NCBI GenBank assembly: GCA_043228905.1 | Contig: JBHGNT010000018.1 | Coordinates: 12,524,001 to 12,588,000 of the forward strand | Origin: Azolla caroliniana | Taxonomy: Eukaryota; Plantae; Polypodiophyta | Direction: 5' to 3' | DNA length: 64,000 nucleotides | Shown: in pieces, positions 13,349-24,732 of the stretch | How the letters are laid out: each line of letters opens with the position of its first letter | Position numbering within the stretch: position 1 is the stretch's first letter | Position numbers and translations under genes: made by a program | Notes under the pieces: model-generated | The model's input: only the letters and a program-made list of their open reading frames with translations | What the model was told of the DNA's origin: nothing | The model's database searches: none

Positions 13349-15786
13349 AGCTTACGAGGGGAGAGGAGAAGGAAGAAGAGAACTTGTTAGGGTTTGTGGA
13401 AGACGAAGAAATGAAAGGAAAAAATTGGTTCAAACTGTCAAGACAGAGAGAGAGAGAGAGAGAGAAAGAAAGAGAGATAGAGGGATCATTGAAAGAGAAT
13501 TATTATATTGAAGAGTAAAATGGATTACAAAGAGTAGGCTACAAAATGGCATTGAACGAGTTTAGGTTTGGGATGAGTGGTAGATCCCTATTTATAAGTA
13601 ATAGAGAACACTCTAGAATATTCTAGGTTATCCTAGAATGTAGAGTAATCTAGAAGATCTCTAGAGTATTCTAGAAGGTTCTAGTGATATAGAACACTCT
13701 AGAATATTCTAGGTCATTCTAGAATGTAGAGTAATATAGAATATTCTAATAATATTAGATTTCATATTCTAAAAACTATACATATAAGAATATTAATACA
13801 ATGGTTAAGGATTTGACATGTGTACAACAAGGTCGTGGGTTCAAATCCTTTTGAGTCATAATGTGAGTGTCATGATCCTTTCGATGCTTGATGTGAGTGT
13901 TATCATGATAGGATGTGGCTGACGGCATCGCACCACATGCATCGTTGATTGACCGGAGGCCTCCGATCACACGACTATCCCCCGCCATCTCTCCGAGCTT
14001 GCGCGATCTAGAGATCGCGCACCATCTTCGTCAGTTCCTCCAGAGTTGCACCCCCGAATGGGCCCTTGACCACGTCAATCGGAACCATGCCCAACTCAAG
14101 CCACCTTCATGTCTCTTTTGTTTGTGCTAGAATTGGTTCCTTTGGCTTCTTCCCAGCATCCGGGCCAGTCGTCAACCACCCCCCTTCATGTCTCTTCTGT
14201 TTGTGCTAGACTTGGTTCCTCTGGCTTCTTCCCAACATCCAAGCCAATCGTCAACAACCCCTCATCGTTCCATTCTCGCCGTTTGTCAAAATGGTTATAG
14301 ACCCTCTTTACCACGGCCCAATCGGTCATGAGCCCTTCATCCATCTCAAACAGGAAACCCACCTTTTCTCGGTCGATGGATCAATCAACTTGATAAACAA
14401 TAGGACCTTGCTCGTGTCGAGCATGATCAGTTCTAGAGTCAAGAGCTGCGTGAATCGTCTTTCAAACTCCTAGAGGAGCGTCGATGTGTTCCTCCCTTTT
14501 CCAGGGCTCTTGACCCACTTCATCAGCTCCCTCTTCGATAATCGGAGCGAGTCATCGAAACCGTATCTTTCAAGGACCCGCTCCTTGAACTCCTGCCAAC
14601 TTCGGTAGTCAGGATGCATCTCGAGCACCTCTGCGTGGATGCTTGGCATAACTACCTATGGAAATGCGTAGAACCGTCTATCGTCTGTAACATCTCTCAT
14701 CAGCATCTCGGCCTTGAAAGCCTCCACGTAGTTCGTGACGTCCTTTCCGTTGGCTCAGCCTGTCATGCCCACTACCGTTTCCACAGCCCTATCGAGACCA
14801 CTGGTGCTCTCTCAAGCATTAACCAGGCGGTCGATAGCCACCGCCATCGCTTCAGCGAGTTTGCTTCCCCTCATTTTCGGACTCCTCTGTCGCCCCTTTC
14901 ACATCGGGTTCACCAAGGATGTCATGGATTTCTACGTGTAAGTGTTGAAGTGTGGTGGGACCATAGAGGTCTCGGATTAAGGAACCGGTGGGAGTAGGAA
15001 GGTCTTCTTGATATCTTCGCCGGATCAGTATCTGGTCACATATCCGGTCCGGATCGGTTCGCGGATGTCAGACAACTAGCGCACGGGTTCGGAGATTAGT
15101 CTGCTCCGGACTAGTCGCTGGATAACGAGCAACAAGGATGCGCCTCAGGACTTGGGTAAACACGAGCAACAAACACAAGATGCACACACAAACACATCGC
15201 AACCGGATACAACAAAACGAAATAGATTAAACTCAAGGAAGAATACAACCGGACTCGACCGGTATTAAAGTTGGGCGCTCTCGAAACATGCACACACACA
15301 GATACACAGAATGATGAACCTCTGGTCAGGATCTCATGGGCTTCCTGTGCGAGCAGAGGCTTCACCTTCGTCTTCAGATCGGTACAGGGCACAAGGCAAA
15401 AATAGAGAGAGACAAACAAAGAGAGGAGATGAGCTCGGCACACAAACCGACAACACTTCATCCTCCCAAAACGTGAATCCCTAACACAGTCTCAAACCTC
15501 CCCCTTTTATAGAACAAGTGGAAGGTCGTTACATCACCCATAAAGACTGCCTCTTTCTGTCCTCCTTGATTCTCTCCTCGATTTCCCCACACCAAATCCT
15601 TGTATTCCTCTCTATGTGTGTGGAACTTAAAGTACCCATTAAATCCTACCTCCCCTTAGCACTTTCTAGCCCTATGTTATTTACATAAGTCTATACATAA
15701 AGTCTTAAGTTTGTGTGCATCCATGCATACACCTGTTCATGCGCATCCAGCTTCGTTCCTCTCTATGGCCGGAATCCACCACGACA

Positions 15787-18700
15787 ACATCCTATGTAGC
15801 AGCACTACAATAGTCGATAGCCAGATTTGTCGTCGGCGTCTCGAACACACAATCACGAAGAGTCGCGTGGGTTTAGTGGATGTGTATAAACCACACGCTC
15901 TAATACCATGTTAATAATTAGGTAATTAAGCAAGGGTTAATTAGTAAATAATTATGTGATAAAGTTAAGCAATGGAAGGTTATGTGATATATGTGTGTAT
16001 GTGTGTGAGAGGAAGAGAGAGAGGAAGTTGACACTTATGAACAACGAGACAAGATGGGGGATGATTAACTATCTTAAAAAGCATTATCAAATACAAAAAT
16101 ACCCACAATGAGTTATATATACATCACATGTGCAAGGGTGCACATGTGTGAGTAGAATATAGGTACAATGGTGTAAGTCCTATATTAAATGAACGTGGGA
16201 GTGGAGGATCTACAATATATCCCACTTTTTAAGAATTAGGTGATTAACTACAGTTTAATTAGTACCTAATTATGTGATTAAAATTAAGCGGAAGATTAAG
16301 TGATATGTGTGTGTATGTGTGTGAGAGGAAGAGAGAGAGGAAGATACACTTATGAACAACACAAGATGGGGGATGAGTAACTATATTATAAAACCTCATC
16401 AAATACAAAATTACCCACAATGACGTATATATAGATCTCATGTGCAAGGGTGCACATGTGTGAGGAGAATATAGGTACAAGGGTATAAGTTCTATATTAA
16501 ATGTACTTGGGAGTGGAGGATCTAGAATATCCCACTAAGTAAAAGGTCTTATTTAAGGCGTTATAGTCAACACTTCTAACTAGATTCTGTCTAGGTAACT
16601 ACTAAGTTATGTGGTTGACTAACAAACTAACTATAGTTGAGCTTGATATCTCAAGAAACCCCCTCAAGCTCAAGTGTACGGCATCCAACATCCGGTTTTG
16701 TTTTCAGCGTTGTCCGGCTTTCCATGTCGGCTTCTATGTTGTTTTCGGTGTCGGTATTTTTGTGCCAGTAGTTTCGGTTCCTCCCCCTCAAGCCTGTGAC
16801 AAAGTCTTGGGTCGATAGTTTTCACCCATCATGGGTCGATAGTTTTCTGTAGAGCTCTCGTGCTCTTGTTCGGTCGTTACCTTCATCGTGACGACATAAT
16901 GATCAGCCATGTACTTGTTGTAGCCAAGCCGAGTGACGGTATTCTTCTCTCTTGAAGAACATCAAAGTTTTTCGCTTGCCGATGTGAGCGTCTTCTTTAC
17001 TCTGGGTGTCCGCATGATGGGTACACCAAACTCGTTGTCTAGTGAGGGAGCCGACACATCCGAATCACTATCGTCGGGGTGATAGACTTCGTATTTGGGC
17101 ATCTTACCTATGCCTTTGGCCAAGTTCGGACTTGGACGCGACGTGCTTGGAAGGCTTGAAGGCACATGTGGTCCACTTAGCTCGGTAGAGCTTGGACGGT
17201 CCTTTGGTGAAGGGCTTGGCCGAATATCATCCTCCGAGTTGACATTCAACTCTTCCTCGGTCGTGTCGGGTGTCGAATCGGGTGTCAAATCGGGCTTATA
17301 CCAAGATGTTGATTCGTTGAAGACTACATCTCAACTCACCTGAACCGCTCGGGTTGAAGGGTTATAGCACTTGTATGCCTTCTTCTTGGATGAGTATCCT
17401 ATGAGGATACATTCCTCTGACTTCGCGTCGGGCTTCTGTCGTTGTTCGTTCGGGATGCGTACATTCGCAGTGCTTCCGAACACCTTGAGGTGCAACAGGA
17501 TCGGCTTCCTTCCGACAAGGAGCTCATATGGAGTTAGCTCATGCACTACATTGGTGGTGCATCCATTCATGAGATAGACGGTCATGGATGTCGCTTCAGC
17601 CCAATAGATGTTCAACATGTGCTTCACATGCAACATGGCATGTACTGCCACGAGTATTTGCCGGCAACTCCATTTTGTTGGGGGTGTGTCGGCACGAGAA
17701 TTCTCTCTGAATGCCTTCACTATGGAGGTAAGAGGTGAATTCATCGGAGAAGTACTCCTTGCCTCCCATCCGATCGTAGGCATCGAATGAGCCAACCAGT
17801 TTCTTTTTCGACTTCGCCCTTGAGCTTTTGGAAATGGGAGAACACTTCGCTCTTCTTCTTCATCAGGAAGATCCACGCATAGCGCGAGTAGTTGTCGATG
17901 AATGTGACATAGAATCGGCATCCACCGATCGTCGGCGTTTGAGCCGGTCCCCATACATCCGAGTTTATGATGTCGAGGAGGCCTTTGCTTGCGTAGCTCT
18001 CCTTTGGGAATGGGAGTCGATGTTGTTTGCCGAGTTGGCATGCTTCGCATAATCAATCGACTCGTTTCGACTCAAATGTTGGAAGTCCAATGATGACTCC
18101 ATTTGTTTTCATAGCTCGGAGCCGTTGGAGGTTTATGTAGCTGATTTTCTTGTGGCACAACTCGATGTTTGTCTTGGTTTTGAGACCTTTGGCATACATG
18201 GCCGATTTCACCTCATTCAAATCGAGGATGAAGATGCAACTGTCTCTCCGTCCTGTGGCTATGAGTCAGCCATCTTTCTCGATGAAACAACCTTCATTGT
18301 TGAAGTGGATTTGCATGCCTTGCTCCACGATTTGGCCGACCAAGACCAAATTCTTCGTTATTGTGGGCACGTGCAAGACATTCTTGATGCAAGTTTGCTC
18401 GCCTTCTTTTCTGAATGGGACATTGCCAATGTGCCGAATGGGCTGTGTGGTGTCGTCACCCGTCTCTATGATGCCGGGTCGATCAGGTGTGCACAAATCA
18501 CTGAACCACTCTTCGTGGGATGTCATGTGATGTGAGGCGCCAGAATCGATGAACCACACACGTCTTCTGAGTTGGAGTTTCTTGTGGAGTCAGAGACCAT
18601 CATAGAGTTCGCTCTATGTCTCATTATGGATAGACTACCATAGTCTTCGTATTCGGAGTTGTTGGCATAGTTTGTGAGTTGTCAGCTTGTCAAACCTAAC

Positions 18701-20254
18701 TCACTTCTCTTTTTCCGACACTCTTTGTGGTGGCCGATTTTGCCAAAATAATTACAAGTGATGGGCCACGTTTGCCGACCTTGTTCGGCATGGAGGCTCC
18801 CCCTCCTTCTGAAGGTTCCTCGATGGCTTCCGTCTTGTTGTCGAAGGTTTCAGTGCCCTTCGTTCGATGGGTCGAATTGACCTCTTCTACCGTCAACTTT
18901 GTTCTCGGCCACCATCCGAATTCGAGAAGAACATTTGTCCTTCCGATGCCTTGGTTTTGGTTTCAATGTGGTTCTCTTCAACCAATAGCATTGATTGAAG
19001 GTCGAAGAACAGAGGGTTTTTCCTCACCAAGATTGTCGTCCTCAACGAGTCGAATCGTTGTGCGAGGCCACCCAAGCATACTTGAACTATCTCATCTTCA
19101 TCGACGTTTATGTTGATGGAACCAAGCGGGTAACAAATGCTCCTGAGCTTGGCGGTGTAGTCTGACACGGACATGTCTTTTTGCCGAATCTTGTTCAACT
19201 CTTGTCGGAGTTGAAGCTTTTGGGCGGTCATGTTGGCGGCGAACATTTTCTTTAAGTTCTCCCACGCTTCTTTAGGCGTCTTGGCGTCTCAAATGTGGCT
19301 AAGCATGTGGTCATGGACACATGTTGCCAAGCAATACATGACTTGACTTGCCGCTTTCTCCCATGTTGCGTGGTTGGCGTTCTTTGAATCGGGTCAATTT
19401 TCTTGTGCATCGTTGATGTAGCTCCAATACACTTGGCCGACAAGGTATTGGTTCATCATGTACTCCCAAGATGAATAATTGCTCCGGTCTAGCTTTTCAC
19501 TAGGGAGCGAGCTACCCATTTGCGTGTTCATGTTGATTGTAATGTCTTCCGTTTTTGCTTTCCTTCCTTTGGTCACGTACACGTGCTACGTAGCAGCACT
19601 ACGGTCACCGATAGCCGGATTTTGTCGTCGGCGTCTAGAACACGCAATCATGGAGTCGGGTGGGCTTAGTGGATTTTCTAAACCACGCGCTCTGATACCA
19701 TGTTAAGAATTAGGTGATTAACTACGGGTTAATTAGTACCTAATTATGTGATTTAAGTTAAGCAGAAGATTAAGTGATAAGTGTGTGTATGTGTCTGAGA
19801 GGAAGAGAGAGAAGAAGATACACTTATGAACAACACAAGATGGGAGATGAGTAACTATATTAGAAAGCATCATCAAATACAAAAATACCCACAATGAGGT
19901 ATATAGATCTCATGTGCAAGGGTGCACATATGTGAGGAGAATATAGGTACAAGGGTGTAAGTCCTATATTAAATGTACTTGGGAGTGGAGGATCTAGAAT
20001 ATCCCACTAAGTACAAGGTCCTATTTAAGGCGTTATAGTAAACACTTCTAACTAGATTCTATCTAGGTAACTACTAAGTTACACGGTTGACTAACTAACT
20101 AACTATAGTTGACCTTGATATCTCAACACCACTCAAGTACAAAATCCTATTTAAGGCTTTAAGGTCAACACACGAACTACATTCTATTTAGGTAACTACT
20201 AAGTTACATGTGTAGACTAGCTAACTAAATCTAGTTGAGCATGATATCTCAACA
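15787..20254 (-). mobile_element. 5' LTR and leader of a copia element (LTR 15909-16226 + 20134-20254), split by a same-family insertion
   Basis: PBS GCTCTAATACCA at 15897-15908 followed by TGTTAA. The LTR resumes after the CCACT TSD and ends TCTCAACA at 20254. The leader is homologous to 19580-19700. Confidence 0.85.
16227..20128 (-). mobile_element. Ty1/copia derivative with gag-PR-integrase but no RT/RNase H; LTRs 16227-16656 and 19701-20128
   Basis: TSD CCACT (16222-16226, 20129-20133); iMet PBS GCTCTGATACCA at 19689-19700; PPT at 16657-16668. Fragments KLDRSNYSSW, WFIDSGASHHMT and HLKVFGS...KSEECILIGYS. No RT motifs between integrase and the 3' LTR. Confidence 0.92.
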
Positions 20255-20576
20255 AGTGCATTATCACTTTGTGCGTGAGCGGGTCCTTAGCGGTGAAGTC
20301 GAACTCCGGTATGTTTGCACGAATCGACAGGTTGCCGACATCTTCACCAAGCCACTTGGATCGAACAAGTTGCAACAATTTTCGGCGATGCTTGGACTAC
20401 ATCATCTTGACGTGTGCCGCACTTGAGGGGGAGAAATGGTTCTGGTATAGGGAGAACCGGAACAGAAACCAGAAAGACAGGTAAAGGAACCGAAGAAGCA
20501 ACCGAAGAGCAGGAGGAAATGACCGAAACAAGGAGAGACAAGGATGAAATGAAGCTGAATTTGAACAAGTCAGAAC
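20255..20576 (+). mobile_element. Copia RNase H C-terminus and 3' UTR fragment
   Basis: VHYHFVRERVLSGEVELRYVCTNRQVADIFTKPL, followed by TTGAGGGGGAG. Confidence 0.85.
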
Positions 20577-23245
20577 TGTTGGCCAGAGTATGGAGGATAA
20601 GTGGGGGACAAGTCGGGGACAGATATTAGTATTAATTATTAATTAGTTATAATTATAATAGGAACGGACGGATCTAGAATAGTTGTACCGATCCGGATCC
20701 GGACTGATTCACAGTTGATTGTCGGTATGACACCGTTTTGTAATCAGAATCGGATGCCTATAAAAGGATCCGGAAAGCAATGTAATGAACGCCAAAGTAA
20801 TATAAGTTGAATTTGGATTTCAATATTGTGTATCTTGTCTACTACTGTCTGTGCTTAATTTAATATCTTACACGTGTTAATAAATCGGTGTATATTGTGA
20901 TTTCGGAACCAATCCAGAACAATGATATTAGAATCATATATGTGTCGGTTAACATCCTACCTGTAACCACTCCTCTGTTAAAGTGATTCAGAAGGACATC
21001 CTGTGTTTGTGGCTAGTCCGGCCCAGGATAAACACAGTTTTGAAGACCACGATTCCTGTAGAGTGCAATGAACATCGGGGAATGGATGACTAGACCGACG
21101 AACGACCCAGTCGCCGAACAAGCGAGAAGACTAGCCGACAAACTACGGAGGCGGGAGGCCTACCAGCAGGCGGCCGAGGAGGTCTAACAGGACCGGTGTT
21201 TTCCCTGGGTGATTCGGCGGGTCGCGGAGGAGTCACTTCGGTTGCAAAACCAACAACATTCTGATGAGGGCAATAGCCTGAGCAATTTGCATAAAGCAGA
21301 ATCCATACTACAAACTCTCACCACATGCGGTGGTGAATCGGAAGCATATTCCACCTTGGAGTTGGAATCGGATGGCGAGCACATTGTTCAGTCAAACTAT
21401 CGAAGTAGTCACGACACTCTAGACCACCTGGAGGAAGATGGTTCGGAGCACACACTGACACCAAAATAAATAAAAACAATACCCACACCACTGGCCCACG
21501 AGATAAACCCGGACTAACATTCGGAGAAAACGGTCGTGCACGGACCAACACCACCACCGGACCAGCAATCCAAGGAAAAGAACAATCACGTCCTGACGCC
21601 ATCACAAGACCGGAAGTCGGAGGAAAAAGAGGATCAAGTACCAACACCACACCTAGAACAACTTTCAACAACGACACCATGCCATACCCGTACCCGAAGT
21701 ACCGGGAAGAACTAGACGTAGAGGCACACGTCTATGCTTTAGTATAGACATGGGAAGCAAACCCTAACCCACAACGATTGACAAAAGCAGAGGTAGAGCG
21801 CTCAAAGATCGTGGAGTTCGGAATGACATTGGAAGGCCCAGTAGCTAAGTGGCACAAAAAGCACATTCCGGGTAGCGTTGCCACGTTTGAAGCCTTGTAG
21901 GATAAATTCTTGCGATTGTTTCACCAACAAGTGGAGCAAAGGGAGCTCGTCGACCAATTCTATATAGTTTATCAGGAACCCAACGAGATAGTCCCCCAAT
22001 TTGTTATCTGATTCCAGACACTACATAGTGAACTAACAAGGCACCTCCAGAGGATGAGGTAAAAGCGGTCTTTTTTGTCGCGCTCCGGGAGCCACTCAGA
22101 ACAATGTTGTCTGTATTCGACTTCCGGACCAACACCATTGATCAAGTTATCGACCGGGTGCTGGAAATGGATAGGGCCCAAAATAGTAATTACATGGCGA
22201 TGGGGGCCCTACAACGAGCACTACCGAGAGAGGAAGACTTACAGTTTCGGCATTCAGTCCAATGTACGACATGCCTCAACCCCGGTCACTCCACATTAGA
22301 ATGCATGATGCAGACTCAATGCATGTTGTGTAACTCCCGGTCACACACCATGGATCGGTGTGAGTACAACCTATTAAATCGGCAAGCGGTACCGGTCCGA
22401 CATATTGAGCCCAGAGTGAGCAACAATCGGAAGAGGAACGGTTCCGAAGAGAGGAACCATATCGACCAAAACATGGTTACTGGTATGATGATAGAAGAAG
22501 AGAGGACTAAGACCGAGACCGCAATGACAAGTGAAGAGAGGACTACAACCGAGATTGTTACAATCACAACTACTCCCCATATTATGAGCGAGGGAGAGAC
22601 GACGGAAGGTAACCGGAATGATGGGCATACCCAGAACAGGAGAGATAGTACCTGGAACGCTAGGGGTACTAGAACCACCACCACAACAACCGTAGGGGAA
22701 AGTATCATCGAGAAGAGCGTCTTGAACCGACAATAGACTACCAACAGGAGCCGGATACAAGTACAACAGTCCCACAACCAGAGCAGTGGAGGACGGAAGA
22801 TAATAACCAGACGGAAGACAAGTACAAGTATTAAGCCAGGAATTATGGAAAAAGGAGAATCAAGTAACATCCAGAGGGTTTACTACTACTAGTAGCCAAT
22901 GCCTGGTCAAGTTCAATGAGAAGCAGTCAGCGGTAAACATGGTGATCGCCTGAGTTAGTGAGGTCCAACAAGTCACCACAAGATCCAAAGGAAAAGCTGC
23001 CAAGTGGGAGACCTAGCAGGCCAATGAGGAAGTAAGCCACCGAATGGATAAAGAAAGCAAATGAACGGAACGTGGTTGAAGTACAAGAAGAGATCAAGCC
23101 TCTGGAAGAACCATTAGAGACCACGGACAATGACCCCACCTATCAGGCACTACAACAATGTCAGATCATGTTGCCTCTAGGCCGCCTGTTGCAATTCCCC
23201 GATTTACGGAAGGACTTAAATCGGCATTAACATCACAAAACTCGA

Positions 23246-24732
23246 TGTTGTGTGATTCTTCACACACTATGTAAAAAAATAATGAAATAATTATTTTAGA
23301 TTAGATTAGTGGCTTGATATGGAAAGATAGGTGTCTTCAAGAGCTTCATTTTATAACACATTTTATAACATATTTTACTACACATGAAACGAATAAATAA
23401 GTGTCAAGATATGTGAATATGAAGTTTGAGAAGATAAGGAAAATAGAATTGTGAAATATCCCACATAGATAGGAAACTTTACGATCCATCTATATAAGAA
23501 AATTGAGAACCATTAGTTTTCATCTATGTGTTGAGAGCACAAAACTGGACTTGGACCAATTTGTCTACATGGACAAATGTGGCTAAAGAATTTGCGATCG
23601 GATGGAGCTGGAAACCAGATAGAATCAGCAACCGGATAGAATCGGCAACAAAGCCGGGAACCGGAAACTGCATGGAACCGGCAACAACGCCGGGAATTGG
23701 AAACTGGATGGAGTCGGCAACCGGATAGAACCGGCAACAAAGACGGCAATCGGAAACCGGATAGAACCGGCAACAAAGATGGCAATCGGAAACCGGAAAT
23801 CAGACGGAGCCGGTGATGAAGTTGGGAACCGGAACCGGAAATCGGCGACCTATCGAACGGAGCCGGCAATCGGCAACCAGACAAAACCGGCAATCAGACG
23901 ACGACGAAAAGGAAACCGGACGCGGACCAGATGGATTGGATTGGTGACGGTCGAAATGGACGGATGATAGGATCATGCAACGAATTAAAGTAAAGTAAAG
24001 TAAAGTAAAAGTAAAGGCGAAGCAACTAAAAAAAGAGGCCATGCAACTAAAAGTAAAGGCGAAGCAACTAAAAAAGGAGGCCATGCAACTAAAAATAAAG
24101 GCCAAGCAACTAAAAATGGAGGCCATCCAACTAAAAGGAGATGCATCCAAAGGATCATGGGAGGCTATGATCAACGGAGAACTCCATATATATTCCATTT
24201 TTTCCGGCTTGGGGGGGTCCACTCTCCATTATTTTTCTTTTCCTTCTTGGTTCCCTTATCTCATGGAGCCATAACACTTTATAAACCCTAATTTTCCTTA
24301 TGGAAGCCATATCTCTCATAAACCCTAATTTCCTTACGGAAGCCAAAAACCCTAATTTCCTTACCGAAGCCATAAACCCTAATTTCCTTATGGAAGCCAT
24401 ACACCCTATTTTCCTTACGGAAGCCATATCTCTCAAAAACCCTAAAATTTCTTATCTAAGTTATCTTTCGGATAATCCCTAAATTATTATTTTATCTAAG
24501 CCATATTTCATAAACCTTAATATATTAATCTATTAAACTCAGTAAGCTAAAACTTTTGTAATCCCAATCTTGGGATAGATTGTAATTTTTCTTTTCCTTT
24601 CTTAATGAAATTTATTAAATTTTCTCGTTTCTATTAATTGTTAAAAGTATAAACACACGAATTTTATATCCTCTGGTCAGAGGCCCTAGGGTCCTGCTCA
24701 AGTTCACGTATCCTCGTTGTATTTTCGCGACA
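23246..24732 (+). mobile_element. Solo LTR (1487 bp) of the tRNA-Trp gypsy lineage with internal tandem arrays
   Basis: TGTTGTGTGA...GCGACA; 5' part homologous to the LTRs at 46191 and 48797; flanks TCGA/CCGG fit a decayed 4-bp TSD. The host gag-PR frame resumes after it. Confidence 0.82.
24283..24482 (+). repeat. Telobox-containing tandem array (AAACCCTAATTTCCTTACGGAAGCCAT-type units); similar array at ~47078-47262
   Basis: Repeated AAACCCTAA cores at ~27-36 bp spacing. Confidence 0.85.

Larger units (their letters stand above)
6882..13910 (-). mobile_element. Full-length degenerate chromovirus (Tcn1/Tf1/sushi-like Ty3/gypsy); 3' LTR 6882-7349, 5' LTR 13436-13910
   Basis: Direct-repeat LTRs (468/475 bp). 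TSD GGATG at 6877-6881 and 13911-13915. PPT at 7350-7366. Order gag-PR-RT-RH-IN-chromodomain on the minus strand. Confidence 0.95.
5034..15786 (-). mobile_element. Degenerate tRNA-Trp-primed Ty3/gypsy element (5' LTR 14920-15786, gag-PR), split by the 6882-13910 insertion and 3'-truncated
   Basis: LTR TGTC...GACA at 14920-15786. PBS at 14898-14915 reads TGGTGAACCCGATGTGAA on minus. Minus ORF fragments (TDLRKVLEERILDSRVELTLREVLGIA; LIDHGSEINLM) are homologous to the + element at 48797-64000. Confidence 0.85.

Noticed and set aside
24283-24482. Interstitial telomere
   Set aside because: AAACCCTAA units are separated by ~20-bp spacers inside an LTR, not contiguous (TTTAGGG)n.
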